Positions 45,192 through 57,947 of a stretch of DNA of 64,000 nucleotides are shown here, in pieces. The notes under the pieces were generated by a model. It did no database searches, was not told the DNA's origin, and saw nothing but the letters and a program-made list of their open reading frames with translations. The DNA is from Williopsis jadinii. Its lineage: Eukaryota. The stretch covers positions 310,001 through 374,000 of the forward strand of contig AP024665.1 of assembly GCA_024346625.1 (NCBI GenBank). Reading direction: 5' to 3'. Positions within the stretch are counted from its first letter, which is position 1, and each line of letters opens with the position of its first letter. Made by a program: the position numbers and the translations under genes.

Positions 45192-46089
45192 GCTTGGTGT
45201 TTATCAGAATGACCCACTTGTGCAACTGTATATCTCGATGAAGAGAGGAAACGAAAGGAAGAAAGAAAAGAAGAACAATCACTTTTTCTTCCTCAACAGC
45301 ACTTTCCAACGATCACCGTGTAAGCTGGAAGGTTCCACAGGTTCATTATCCATCGATTAAATTGTTTCATTTGCATATTATTCCTTTAACCGAAGGTCCA
45401 TACATGCACGACGCGGTGGCATCGAAGGCTGGAAAAAACAAAGGGCCGAAACGCGAAAAAACGCTAACAAAAACACACACAAAATGACGCGCTTCCAGGT
45501 CTTCTGCCTGTGAAGAGTGGGAGCAATAGCGAGAAACACACAGCAAGCATGTACATGAGACCGGGCTATTTCGTTCAATTACACGCGTTGTTCCACCTTT
45601 ACTCCTGCCGTGACTCTTCCTCAATAAGTGGTCCATGACATCGTACCCTTCCAGCTGATCCCGGCGTGTCTTGTGATCTTTCAATGTCCGCTGCAAAAGG
45701 CTGTTATTTCCTAATCAGGAAATCTACCCTTGCTCGCCTGACTAAGCAAATTGCTGGGAGGAGGGGTGGGAGGAAGCTTCACCAAAGCTATCCCGTTGGT
45801 GTATATGGTTTAAGGGTGTCACTTTGACCAATTGTAGCTCTAAAGTGGGTTGTGTTCAATCTGAAGCGTAGTTAACCTGGATTGGCCATTGATTCACACT
45901 GTTCATCAGCCAATTTTATCACTTTGCTGAAGCATTCTGAGCCCTTCCTAAAAGGAAACAAACGCCCGACGGAACAACAGAAAAAAACAAAAGCCAAAAA
46001 TCTTCAGTGTTGAAACCGTTCTAATTTGGGGATTGTTCAACTAGAAAGAAAGAATACGAAGGATTAAGAGTAGACCATAGCACTTAACC

Positions 46090-48376
46090 ATGAGTATGTG
46101 TTGTGAATTTCAAGAATGGACCCTTCAATGGCCATATACTAACCCTTGTGTAGCTACAAAACAGAAGATGTCCCTTAAGGAATTCATCGATGATACGAGT
46201 AAGTTTTGATACCTTGTGACGCACCACCATTTTCCCACGACGACGTACTAACGATGGGCCAAATGAAATAGGATTCGGTGAGAGCTGGGCAGACGACGAC
46301 TTTGATCCAAGCTCAATCTCAGTTCCAACGTTCCATCCAAGGCATAACGATGGCTTTAACCAATCGCACATGTCACCGTTTAACTCTGGTGGATTCAACC
46401 AGAATTTCCAACATTCACAGTTTAGAGGTAGCTCCTACCCAGAAGATGAACGTTTACGTCAGTTCTTCATCAAGTTTCTAGACGTGCCTTCTTTTTTTGG
46501 GGTAGAGGACATGGAGGATTTGTTCCATTCGAGATTTACTAAATTTGTGAAATTGAAGCTCTTTTGGGAGATTGATTTCCAAGGGTTGCGGTATGCTTCC
46601 GACCCCATTGAGGCCATTGATATGACTAGGAAAGTATGTTATGTGGAAGTGGAATCATTGGATATTTTCACCAAGGTGTTGAAGTGGCATGATTTATACG
46701 TCAACAGAGGTAAGATTATTCCAGAGAGAGGATCATTTGACGACTTACGAACATATCACGAGCTGAACAGGTTATTACCGGAGGAAGACGACCCAAATCT
46801 TTCAGGATCAGCACGCCGCTCAATTAAGCAAACTCATCACCATAGTCAAGATCAACATCGTCAAGATCATCAGCATCAGGATCAATCTTCCCAACAACAG
46901 TATGCTCATCATGATTTCCCACCACATCATCAACCAGAACCGGTATATGCTGGCCATCTACACCAACATCGTGATGCACCACGAGAACTACCACCTCTAC
47001 ATGTTCCATCGCCTGCTCCAACCCCGCGTAGAGTGAATCCATTTGGAAGTGCTAAACCTGTCGATACATTATCAAGGGAGCGTGAATTGCAAAAGAAGAT
47101 GCAAGGGTTGGAGATCAATAAGACTACTTTTAGAACCTTGGGTAGCTTGGAACGTGAAAAGAGACACAGTGAATCACATCAGGGGTATCAAAATCAAAAG
47201 GATCACCAGTCCGAGACATCTGAAGTTAAACACTCCAAACATAGTACAGAGGACAAGACATCGTCGAACAATAATGCAAATGTGCTAAAACCTGCTCCAC
47301 AACCTACAAGCGTATGGGGTTCTCCACAGAGCTATGCCCAAGTGACTTCACCACCTAAGTCTTCATTTACAGTGGATCTCTCTAAGAACAGCTCCAAGAA
47401 AGACGAAAAAGATAAGGTGAAAGGAAAAGTTATCTTGAAGAGAAAAATAAAGAAGGAGTTCACCAAACCTTCATCAGAGAATAAAGCCGTGGAAGAACCG
47501 ATTAAACAGCAGATCGTTGCACCATCATCGTTTGATGAAGGGCAACCAAAGACTGAAGGGGCACCGGATGATGCTACCGTCATAAATGATCCCAAAATTG
47601 TGAAGGCTCGTGGTGTTACAGACAATGTAAAGAAGCAGATCCAAAGGGAGTTGAAGAAAACTGATGCTGAACCAAATTCAAAGGTTTCACCAGCGGATTC
47701 AAAACCATCTCCAGTGAAGTTTGTAGAGAACGGTGATGTGTCTGAGTCATTACCTGTTGTTCACAACGGGTACAATACCAGAGGAAGATTGTCTGGAAAG
47801 ACCCATGCCAGAGGCCGTGGACGAGGCCGCGGAAGAGGAGGACTAAGACGTGGTAGCGATACTGCTGAACAACATTTAAACAAGGTACCAGAACCAGTCA
47901 AAGACAAGGAAACTGTGAATGAGATCAAAAAGGAACCTAAGAAGGGGAAAGATTCAAAACCTGAGTATGTTGAGGCGGAGTTGGAGCCAAAGAAAGAGGT
48001 CAAAAAGGAAGCCAGGAAGGAGGTCAAGAAGGAAGCCAAGAAGAATGTAATAAAACCACAGAACGACGAGAAGCAGATACCTAAAGTGGAGCTAAAACAG
48101 GAAGCAATCGAACAGTCTAATACCTTCACACAGAGTTCCAGCGAGTCCAAACAGCCTGCTGAACCGAGTGACTCCATCGACAATGCCGACCAAAGTCAAG
48201 AAGCGTTTGCACATGGCATAGATGGATCCCGTGGACGCGGACGTGGACGCGGACGTGGATACCATGGCGGGCGTGGGCGTGGGCGTGGACGCGGCTCTCG
48301 CGGTAGCGTGAGAGGCCATTTTAGAAATCAGAGTAAGACTTTCCACAAGGAGGACGCTCATGATGGTGATGTTTAA
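46090..48376 (+). CDS. PSP2: Psp2, eIF4B/eIF4H-like RGG RNA-binding protein; 3 exons (46090-46093, 46154-46198, 46272-48376), 717 aa
   Basis: EDLFHSRFTKFVKLKLFWE, NPFGSAKPVDT, RG/RGG tracts. Two introns (GTATGT/TACTAAC/TAG and GTAAGT/TACTAAC/TAG) extend the frame to MTTKQKMSLKEFIDDTRFGESWADDD. Confidence 0.82.
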
Positions 48377-48933
48377 CTGCACGACGCAATGCGCCCCAAC
48401 GGTGAGCTGAAACAACAAGAGAAAAAACCGTGTATACATCTACAGGGAGCATCAGAAGGATGGAGAGCAAAAACAAACAAGAATTCTTGATAAAAGGCCT
48501 AAACGATTTGTAGACGCTAATAATCTGCGCTGTAGGTGTACGCTCCCCTGGGTTACCCTTTTACAGCTTGTAATTTCGTCACGGTGCTGATTTGGCGCGC
48601 GGTTAAAACGAAATCAAATGCAAATTTTACGCAACTTGGCACGGTTTGAGACGGCCTGGTGCCCTTTTCCACTGTAATGTTTTTTTTTCTGTGGTTTTTT
48701 CTCTTCCCTTGGGGAGATTTTTCAGGGCGACAACGTTAACAAAAACAAAGACAACAAAAACAACAACGTCAACAGCAACAACAACGTCAACAGATTTCTA
48801 CTGAGAATTCTACGCGTTATTTAATTAGTTTGTGACCTGGTTTTTATCCTTTAGCTACCGGGGGTAGGCTGATCTGTGTGGGTGTTGCTGTGGAACCATT
48901 GTTGAACAAGGCAAAGAGAGGAAGAATATCGAT

Positions 48934-50970
48934 ATGACTAGGGCGTTGCGGTCTGGGCGATTGATCCCCACGAGCCCTGACGGGGAGTTGAACTCGAGTT
49001 CTGATAACCATAGCGAGACCGCCAATGAAGGTTCGATAGAACCAAACACGCCAGATGATTACAACCCACCAAGGAAGAAGAAGAAGAGCAGAGAGCTGGA
49101 AAGGTTGACCGAATGGCACGACTGGATGATAGAGCAAGCGGAGTTAAAAGCGCGTCAAGATCGGGCTAATAACTTGAAACGTCGCATGGAGGAAGAAGCT
49201 GAAAGGGAATTGAAGGAGCGTCAGAGGAAAAGAGCGTTGAGAGAAGAGGAGTTACGACGTGCTAGGGAATTGGCTAGAGAACGAGCTGAAGCTGAGAAGA
49301 AAAGACGCGAGGAGGAGAGATTACAGAAGAAGCTTGAACGTGAACGGTTGAGGTTGAAAAGGGACAAAGAAAGGGCAAAAGCCGCAAAGAATGCACACAA
49401 GTCAAGAAATAAGAAGAAAGAAGCATCTCCTCCAAAGGTTGAAGATGACCAGGATGACATTGAAGAGAATATTCTGGAAACGAGAACTGCACAGAGCACC
49501 ACATCCAATCTGGTTGATGGTTATCGGCCATTTTTAACCTTATGGAGATCCGATGTCGAGATTCCAATAAGGTCCAACTTCTTTACCCGTGATGTTTTGG
49601 AATCAAAGTCTTCTGAAGTGGTTAGTCTAAACTTCAAATCAGCTGCCCAGGTGGCAATACAAAAATCTAAGCGGTATAGAGATTATAAAGGATTGGAACC
49701 TCGTACTATCCAGATTCATACCCCAGTTTTTCCAGAGATTACAGAGGATTATTTTCTAAAGGAATCTCAAGACTTTTATCTCGATCCCCTAGAGGAAATT
49801 GGACGTATGATGGAGGCATTGGCGCTAACATACATTCCGGAAGATCAGAAGAACAAATTCTATAACCCATATGCTCCTTACGATTCAATGGCTGGTCAGT
49901 ACTCGACAGCATTATACTCTCAGGATTACGAAAAAATGTTTGAAATCATTCAAGAGTTTAATAGTACTCTTTATGACTTACAAAAAAGTGGTGCTATTGA
50001 GAAGCATCTTCAACAAAAGCAAACTTTCTCCCGAATGGTGTTACATGAGTTGCTAAATCAGATATATTCAAGAAGTGTTTCCCCAGATGTCCATTCCTTG
50101 AAAGTTTACCGCGCTTTCAGTAATAACGTTTATGGGGAACTTTTACCAAAATTTTGTTCAATGGTGTTTGATCAGTGTGACTTGGATTCAAAATCATGCT
50201 TTATAGACTTAGGGTCAGGTGTTGGTAATGTCACTATTCAAGCTGCGTTGGAATATGGATGTGAAAGTTATGGCTGTGAAATAATGGAGAATTGCTCAAG
50301 GTTAGCTGAACTGCAGGAAGTTGCGTTCCATGAGAGATGCGCTCTGTTTGGTATCCAACCTGGTAAAGTTGGATTCTTCCACAGACAAAGCTTTGTTGGC
50401 AATGTTAAAGTTAAAAGTGTCATTGACAGGTGTAATGTGATTTTGGTTAACAACTTCCTCTTTACACCTGATTTGAACAGGGAAACTCTAATGCTCTTTT
50501 TGGACGTCAAAGTTGGAACAAAGATTATTAGTTTGAAGAAAGTCATCCCAGAAGCCGCCTATCATGACTTTGACGATGCATTTTTGTCAATGTTTTTAGT
50601 TGAGAAGCACACATTTGGTCCAGGGTGTGTCAGTTGGACCGATGCACCAGGAGTCTACTACATCACCACATTTACCGGTGAGGTTAGCGAAGAGAGAAGG
50701 GAACAATTGAATAAGATCCACAACACCAGAAAACGTGAGCGTGAGTTTATGGATAGAAGCGCATCTGCTCGTTTGAGTAACACTCCAGAAGCGACAGAAA
50801 CCGTTAAAGAATGTGCTGAAAATATTCACACTGATTCTGAAGTGAAGAAAGAGTACGACGACGCTGAAACTACAAATGTTAAAACTTCAAATGTTGAAAC
50901 GTGCGCTAGTGAGGCAGCTAAAAATCTTGAACCTTCTCAGGCAAAAGAAGAGCAACATATACACGGATAG
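48934..50970 (+). CDS. DOT1: Histone H3K79 methyltransferase
   Basis: VYGELLP, FIDLGSGVGN, SYGCEIM, ILVNNFLF, VSWT motifs; charged N-terminal extension. Confidence 0.95.
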   Translation: MTRALRSGRLIPTSPDGELNSSSDNHSETANEGSIEPNTPDDYNPPRKKKKSRELERLTEWHDWMIEQAELKARQDRANNLKRRMEEEAERELKERQRKRALREEELRRARELARERAEAEKKRREEERLQKKLERERLRLKRDKERAKAAKNAHKSRNKKKEASPPKVEDDQDDIEENILETRTAQSTTSNLVDGYRPFLTLWRSDVEIPIRSNFFTRDVLESKSSEVVSLNFKSAAQVAIQKSKRYRDYKGLEPRTIQIHTPVFPEITEDYFLKESQDFYLDPLEEIGRMMEALALTYIPEDQKNKFYNPYAPYDSMAGQYSTALYSQDYEKMFEIIQEFNSTLYDLQKSGAIEKHLQQKQTFSRMVLHELLNQIYSRSVSPDVHSLKVYRAFSNNVYGELLPKFCSMVFDQCDLDSKSCFIDLGSGVGNVTIQAALEYGCESYGCEIMENCSRLAELQEVAFHERCALFGIQPGKVGFFHRQSFVGNVKVKSVIDRCNVILVNNFLFTPDLNRETLMLFLDVKVGTKIISLKKVIPEAAYHDFDDAFLSMFLVEKHTFGPGCVSWTDAPGVYYITTFTGEVSEERREQLNKIHNTRKREREFMDRSASARLSNTPEATETVKECAENIHTDSEVKKEYDDAETTNVKTSNVETCASEAAKNLEPSQAKEEQHIHG

Positions 50971-51130
50971 AAACAACAATCAGCTGTATCCATTGAAAAT
51001 ACCAGAATCTAGGTATTCTCTTCAAGAAAGCAACTAAATCCTATTAAAAACGACTTGTATAGTATAACTTCCTCTGAGAGGTTTGTTGATACCTGTACTT
51101 TTTTGTTAGGGGACACGTGAACCACATGTG

Positions 51131-51151
51131 GTAAAAAAATTTACCGATGAG
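51131..51151 (+). promoter_or_regulatory. RRPE-like plus PAC-like pair upstream of APT1
   Basis: GTAAAAAAATTT immediately followed by CGATGAG; Reb1-like TTACCCG at about 51207. Confidence 0.4.
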
Positions 51152-51259
51152 AAGCTGATGGGAATCCTTCTAATCTCTTTTAGGCTTTTGTTTACTCTCT
51201 TATCCATTACCCGAGTCCATTGTTTTAGAGGCCTACCTTTCTAACCTTTCCAGTTGACC

Positions 51260-51826
51260 ATGCCAGAAATTCAAGAGATTGCAACCGAGCTCAAGGGAGC
51301 ACTTCACCAATATCCGAACTTCCCAACAGAAGGTATCTTGTTTGAAGATTTCCTTCCAATCTTCAGATCACCAGTGCTGTTTGAAAAATTGGTGCGTGCC
51401 TTCAAATTACACTTGGAGCAGAAGTTCCCAGATAAGAAGGTTGATTTTGTTGTTGGTCTTGAATCCCGTGGATTTCTCTTTGGACCATCTTTGGCTCTTG
51501 CCATTGGTGCAGGTTTTGTTCCTGTGAGAAAGCAGGGTAAACTCCCTGGTAAGACCTACAAAGCTGAATACGTCAAGGAATACGGTAAAGACGTATTTGA
51601 GATCCAAGTTGAAGCAATCCCAGAAGGCTCCACTGTCATAGTTGTTGACGATATCATCGCTACAGGTGGCTCTGCTAAAGCTGCAGAGGACTTGATCACC
51701 AAAGCTGGTGGATGTCTCTTGGAGTTTGAATTCGTCATGGAGTTGGACTTTTTGAAAGGAACTGAAAAGCTTAACGCACCATCTTTCACTTTGCTGTCTG
51801 GACAACCAGAAAAACTTAGAGATTAG
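51260..51826 (+). CDS. APT1: Adenine phosphoribosyltransferase
   Basis: YPNFP.EGILFEDFLP, GLESRGFLFGP, PVRKQGKLPG, PRPP motif VIVVDDIIATGGS. Confidence 0.97.
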   Translation: MPEIQEIATELKGALHQYPNFPTEGILFEDFLPIFRSPVLFEKLVRAFKLHLEQKFPDKKVDFVVGLESRGFLFGPSLALAIGAGFVPVRKQGKLPGKTYKAEYVKEYGKDVFEIQVEAIPEGSTVIVVDDIIATGGSAKAAEDLITKAGGCLLEFEFVMELDFLKGTEKLNAPSFTLLSGQPEKLRD

Positions 51827-52070
51827 TTGTCAATTGGGTCATCCATGTACTATTTAATACTACGTTTACACTGCTTTGTATGTAGAATCACCAATCAAAA
51901 GAATTGTGCCTGTCGAAATCTTGACGCGTACTGGTTTTTTTCTCTCCCTCCTCTGTGCAAATTCTCGGCTACGCGCGCGCCTGGAGCTGTGGTTACAAGT
52001 AATTCGGCTCTCATGCCGCTAGCTCATCTCAATATGTCTTGCAATCGGCTGAGCTTTCAATTGACATGAG

Positions 52071-53717
52071 ATGAATAAGAGTACGGATGAATTGTTGGAG
52101 TCTTACATCTCTGTACAACAGTGGGATATGTTACTCACAAAGTTGGAGACTGAGTCTTTCTTTTGTCCTTCTGCGTTTGTCTTAGACGTTCTGTTCACGT
52201 TGGCGACGATATCGACATACAACAATGAGACGTTTATAGCGCAGAAGTTTGGCATACAAACGTCGGACAGACCAATTAACCAACGAGCACTATGGATACT
52301 TGAATCCATTGTACATGCTGTGATACAATCTAGTGCGGTCAGTAATCATGGTGATGGTGAGAATAACCTATTCTCATTCACATTGGACCGTGCAACGTTG
52401 GTTTACTCAAGAAAGCAGCTCATCCAATCACTGGACTTCATTAGAAACCGTGGCTTGCATAATCTACGCTCTAAAGCAATGAAAAAGGCCCTGTATAGTG
52501 AGAATAATGATCTATTTGACGAGACAACAACGAGTCCTGTGAGAAAAAAGCTCAAAAGTGAAGAGTTTGGTAAGAATGATTCTCCACAGAAAAGAGCGTT
52601 AAAACTGGCCTTACAACCTGAAAATTCTCCTATGGATGATGTTGATCTACAAGATGAAGCAGAGAATAGAACTTTGGCGGTGTTGAACAGAGAGAGAATT
52701 GATGTTGCATTGGCTGAAGGTCGCATATGGTCTGCAATTTCCTGGTGTTTGTTCAACGCCCATGACGTTGAGGATCCCTTGAAACAGGAGATTGCAAACA
52801 TGTGGACTCCGATATTGTCCTTGTTTATCAAAATAATGGAATTAGAGATGGATGAATACAGTCACGAGATTGCGCCAAATGATGAATATCGGTCAGAGTT
52901 TACTGGGCTAGTAACTACAAAATTCTTTGGGCAAGTTGGTCATTACTGTTGGTCTACCAAGCTAATAGAGGCGATCTTTCCAGTTACAGATGACAAGCAA
53001 AGGCACAGGGTTGAGAAGATCTTCGCCAATGAAACACGTATTGCAAAGGGTCAGTACTTGGTACCTTCACCCCATGGCACCATTACCTTAGCCCCCAAAC
53101 TTGTATCACCTGATAGTGTCTCCTTAAGAAAGTCAATCTTGAAGCTCGCAAATAACTGGCTTAATCAAGGAGGTGAAGGTAAATTCAGCAAATGCTCAGT
53201 TGATGAGTTGATCTCATCCTGTTCCATTTATCTTTTCAACGGTAACATTGATGATTATCTTCTCTTTTTCAGACTCGATCCAGATGGTGAATCAGAAGAA
53301 AATGTTTCATTATTAGGTCAAATATTGATATGCTCGTTGGTTCAAATATCAACACATACCTTTGATCAACCGGAATCTGATTGGTTCACTTCAAAGGGCT
53401 CTATTACATTTATTCAGGAATTACTTGAACTAACCACATACAAGAAGAAATATTACAATTTCGAAACATCAGAAGGGTTCGAGAGGATGGTTACCGACTT
53501 TTCACGTATAAATATCATCCTCTTTACCCTCTTCTCCATTTGGTACAAATTCTCCAAACTAGAAATGACAGAGACGCAGAAAGATAAGCTGCTACAGTTG
53601 GCTCAAACTGGAGAATCAAACAGGTTAGCAGCATTGGAAGGATGTAAAAGAGAATTCAAAGAAGAACAGTTGATATACATCTCTGATTTATTAAAATCGG
53701 TATTACATGGGATTTAA
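52071..53717 (+). CDS. NSE5: Probable Smc5/6 loader subunit Nse5
   Basis: 548-aa helical protein next to APT1 (S. cerevisiae NSE5/YML023C abuts APT1/YML022W and is similar in size); MCB upstream. Mostly a synteny-based call. Confidence 0.6.
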   Translation: MNKSTDELLESYISVQQWDMLLTKLETESFFCPSAFVLDVLFTLATISTYNNETFIAQKFGIQTSDRPINQRALWILESIVHAVIQSSAVSNHGDGENNLFSFTLDRATLVYSRKQLIQSLDFIRNRGLHNLRSKAMKKALYSENNDLFDETTTSPVRKKLKSEEFGKNDSPQKRALKLALQPENSPMDDVDLQDEAENRTLAVLNRERIDVALAEGRIWSAISWCLFNAHDVEDPLKQEIANMWTPILSLFIKIMELEMDEYSHEIAPNDEYRSEFTGLVTTKFFGQVGHYCWSTKLIEAIFPVTDDKQRHRVEKIFANETRIAKGQYLVPSPHGTITLAPKLVSPDSVSLRKSILKLANNWLNQGGEGKFSKCSVDELISSCSIYLFNGNIDDYLLFFRLDPDGESEENVSLLGQILICSLVQISTHTFDQPESDWFTSKGSITFIQELLELTTYKKKYYNFETSEGFERMVTDFSRINIILFTLFSIWYKFSKLEMTETQKDKLLQLAQTGESNRLAALEGCKREFKEEQLIYISDLLKSVLHGI

Positions 53718-53762
53718 AGTCCACCATAACCATTCACTATATTGCCGTAATGATGCCATAGA

Positions 53763-56700
53763 TCAGCCAACTTGCTTGTTGTCAATCTCATGGCGGACAT
53801 GTAGTAGGCATTTCATCACCTTATTCACTGCAGCTATATGCCACGGGACAATGGTTTCAACAGGGTTACCAACGGTGGAATAGATTTCACCCATCTTTGC
53901 CAAATTACGATATTGGTGTAATAGCTGATACATCAGTTCTCCACTGGAAAGGTTGCTTGGTGAACTCAAGATTCCAACTTCGAAACACTTGAGCTTGTTG
54001 TTGCTATTCTCAATTGGTTTCACTAGAAATCCAAGTTTAACAGCACGTCCAGGTGAATGGGATAACGACATTGGTGAATCAATTACCAAACCATATACTA
54101 GATCACTTATGTCTTGAAGAACAGTATTGTCATCTGTAAACTTCTCTGAAGGAGACTCATGTGCAGCTGCCCTGCTTATGCTGAATATGTCCGGTGAATT
54201 CATCTGTTGAGGTGTGAAGATGGATGGTGTTAATCCAGTTGACGAGCCAGCGGTCGGACAAGATTCGAATTTAGTCATAGACGAGTTTGAATCAAACCCA
54301 TTTTCCTGGCTAAACAGTTTATTCAATGGAAACAAAGATTGGTCAAGTTTTAACAACAGTCTTGAGTTGGTATTTACAGAGACGATAACCAAGGTTAAAA
54401 ACAAGGCTTTCGAAGCTAGTCTCTTCCATTGTAGAAGCTCATCATCTGCGATACCACCATTGAGTCTAGTCAGAACCAAATATTTCTTTCCTTTCACGTT
54501 CTTGCTGAGCTCTAGAGTAGTATCCCACAGCTGGTTCATAACATTTTCGAGAGATGATTTCTCCTTGACATCCAGAGGCCAAGCTTTAACTTCGTGAAAA
54601 GTTGACTTATCATCAGTCCAAGAAGCGACACACCAGTTCTTGTCAATTGATCTTTCATATGCCAAATGTATGAAAGACTCCTCAGATAATATCCGGCCAG
54701 CCACTGGTTCCTGTGTCAATTGGAATTTTATTTTCTTTGGGAAAGCATTAGAAAGATCAGCAAATGTCCTATTTGTCTGATTAAGTCTATTATAAACAGA
54801 AAGAGCCAGTCTCGTATTTCTGCTTATTGAGAGAACGGAAAAGACACCATTGTTAACAACGAATGATGTAGGTATAACCTTCAGGGAAACCTTTATCGGC
54901 AATAGCGTCCCATTGGAAGATCCGGTACACCATTCTTTAATCTTCTCAAAGAGTGTCACTTTCTTAACAATTGATTTTAAGTTCTCTTCCGAATCAGTCA
55001 TGAAGACTAAGATCTCTCTATATTCTTTCTGCTGCACTAAATGTTCATGAAGCTTGGTGAAAACCACCTTTAGGTCTGAATTGGCATTTACAATACCTTT
55101 CTCGACAAAACCATCGAGAACGATCTTTTCAACAGACCCAAGATTGCTCTTATGGTAGCTTTCAATAAAAGCCTGTACAAAGAACTCGCAAAGTTCAAAG
55201 GGCTCATTTTCAGCCACCATGATGATTCCAAAGTCCTTTGTCCCATGTAGGGACTCGAAACTCATAAGGTTCCATAAATTGAGAGCTGTTGAGTTGACAA
55301 TGATTTCTTCATTCAGCCTTTTCACTTTCACTTTTGGCTCTGGAATTGGGAATATCAGATTATTATCATCAGTGCTTTCCTTCTTTGGTGATGTTGAAAA
55401 GTCAGATTGTGAGTTCTTAGGCAAGTAATCGTTGGCTTTGAAGCTTGCAAACGGGGAATTTACTTCCTTTGGAGTAACATCAGAAAACTCTGCCAGAGAT
55501 ATCCCACGGAATTCTGGAAATATTTGAGCAATTGCCCGTTTTAAATTGTCAGACGAAACGTTCTCATATTCAGATTCTTTTGGGAAGGCGTCTTCAAGAC
55601 AAGCATCATCCCATACAATCTGCTGAATTAGTTGGTCGAGTGTGTTCATATCACTGACTGTCGGATTCTCTTTATAGAAATGTTCTGGCATCGTTGATAC
55701 TGGGAGGCACCGTACTAAGAAAGGTAATGGGTTTGGTTCACCTGTACCATTGGTCGATGGTGAAGATGGCCTCGAATTTTCGCTAATAGTTCCATCCAAT
55801 TGTACACCTGGAGTAATAAACCTTTTGTTCTTTGATTCAGGTTCGAGCGAAATCCCTCTTTCGGTGATTTCATTTTGAGAAGAGATGTTCAGATTCGCAG
55901 AATCTAATGAGCTCTCCCTAGAATTGATTCTTGTTGGTGGAACAATTATATCATCTGTCTCACATTCTGTTCCTGAATCCTCGATATAGTCTGAACTATC
56001 AGACTCTCCACTATCACCTTCATCTTGGCCTATTCCAAAACCTTCAGCTAAGGGAACATTCGGGATTCCAAAGTCTCCTACTGGTGTATCAACGGTTGAA
56101 ACATGAAACTTACCACCATTTGCGTATTTGTTATCAACATTAGATTTGATAATGGGATTAAACGTCAAAGGAGAGAAAATGCTTCGTTTCCTCTGTCCTC
56201 TTGGCGATAGCACCGGTAGTGGTGCACCCGGGTCTTCGTACGGAGGAGTATTGGGAATTGTTATTTCATGAATAGGTATGTCATAAGGATTCTTTGTAGT
56301 TTCCCTTGTATTGTTCTTCCCATCTGATTTCAAGTCGTCTGATTTCTCTCTGTCGGTTTCATCATGCTCAAATGAAATATGGTTAAGATCCTCACCCATC
56401 AAAGCATCATTTAATGCCTCTTCGAGTTCGGCATCAACATCGTCGTCATTATCGTCCTGTCCATCTCTTTTAGTTGCAGTGTCTGGTTCATCAAATAGAT
56501 CAAAATCTGCATCCGTGATCTCATCACCACCAAATAGTTCAGCATCTAGATCATCCCAATCATCATGCACCGATTCATCCATATTCACACTTTCTTCCGG
56601 CAATGCGTTTGCAGTTATTGTTGTTGCCGTTGTTAGAGGCGCAGATGTGTATGTAGGAGTTGGCTTAGACGTCGGTGGACCATTTGAAGGTTGAACGCTT

Positions 56701-57742
56701 CCAATATCTGCTGGTGTATTGTTGGTGGTTGGTACATTTGAAGGTGTCTTGGTCGCAGCAGAAGCCTTCAGTTGAACGAAATCGTCAATCAATGACATAG
56801 GGTCAAAGTCATCGAGTGCATTAGGATCATCACTTTTCTCAATGTGTTCACAAGGCTGCACCAGGCACAACTCCGCTGGCCATGATATGTACTTGGTATT
56901 GGATACCGGTTTGAGGTAATCAGCAACTTGCGTAGTAATTCCGTTCAGGTGTTGCAAATTGGGGATCACTTTGACCCATCGTGAAGACGTAGAGTCTATA
57001 CTTATTCCATGATGAGCCTGTAGGATATCTATGATCTTTTGAGCATTCTGTGGTTTCGAAGTCCATGCCTCTTGCAGTGTGTTCCCTGATATGTAACAGC
57101 GTATTCCCGACGGTATGAGGTATAGTGCATGTGTGGAATTGACGTCAATTGAGTCGTCTAACGTTCTAAGGTGATGTAGATTGTGAGGCTGCGACGTCAA
57201 CGAGAGCAGAATATCACCAGTGTCTAACAATTTGGGCTCAATCCGAATGAGATCATTCGACTCTGGCAACAGGCCACATGTACCAAACATGGTCAATTCC
57301 TTCCTTATTGAGAGCGACGTCATCAGCATCTTCTTCAGCGCCTTCACCAAAGTTGCACCCACCAGCGACGAGATGTTAGACGGGCCATTGTTCTTGTGCA
57401 GGTCTCTGGGATCCATCGTCTGTATAGACGACTGTTTCAGCTTGTACTGTGCATTTGGTACTGGCGGGTCAGAGCCATCGAGGCTGAAACTCCACAGCTC
57501 CTTCGGATACAGAGTAGCCAGCACTTTGGGATTCTCCTTACGCAGCTGGATCTCCACGTCGAGTAGTGACTGGTCCTCGGAGGTGGCCCGACACACTAGG
57601 TATTTTATCTCTTGAACCTTGGCCTATACAGAACTACGTTAGTACTGCTGTTCACCTCTTACACAATTCACAACAACCACACGCAAGAACTCACCAGTTG
57701 GTAGAAGTTCGTATTCGCACTCAGTATATCAGTCAGCGACAT
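53763..57742 (-). CDS. SSN2: Mediator kinase-module subunit Med13; 2 exons (57742-57695, 57623-53763), 1302 aa
   Basis: KELWSF, LYLIPSGIRCY, WPAELC, EITDADFDLF, SIFSPLTFNP..DNKY..GGKF, FIHLAYERS, PWHIAAV. 71-nt intron GTGAGT..TACTAAC..TAG after MSLTDILSANTNFYQL. Confidence 0.93.
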
Positions 57743-57910
57743 CTCCTTCGAATTGGCACAGTCCACGTCCCCAACCTTCGTTACTCTTCAGCTCCTCTGG
57801 CTTTGTCTGATCCACTAAGCATAGTATTGTTCCCTCCACCTCAACCTCCTCAGCGGGTTTTCCTACAAAGCCTCCAGTGCGCCTCCGCAGTGTGCCTACC
57901 AGCCCAGCAG

Positions 57911-57947
57911 AGACGGAAGGAGCCCAAGACGGAAGGAGCCCAAGACG
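57911..57947. repeat. 16-bp tandem duplication (AGACGGAAGGAGCCCA)x2.3 in the SSN2/lipase divergent promoter
   Basis: Two perfect copies plus a partial AGACG. Confidence 0.9.

Noticed and set aside
48228..48300. (GGACGT/GGGCGT)n hexamer repeats
   Set aside because: Coding RG/RGG tract of Psp2.
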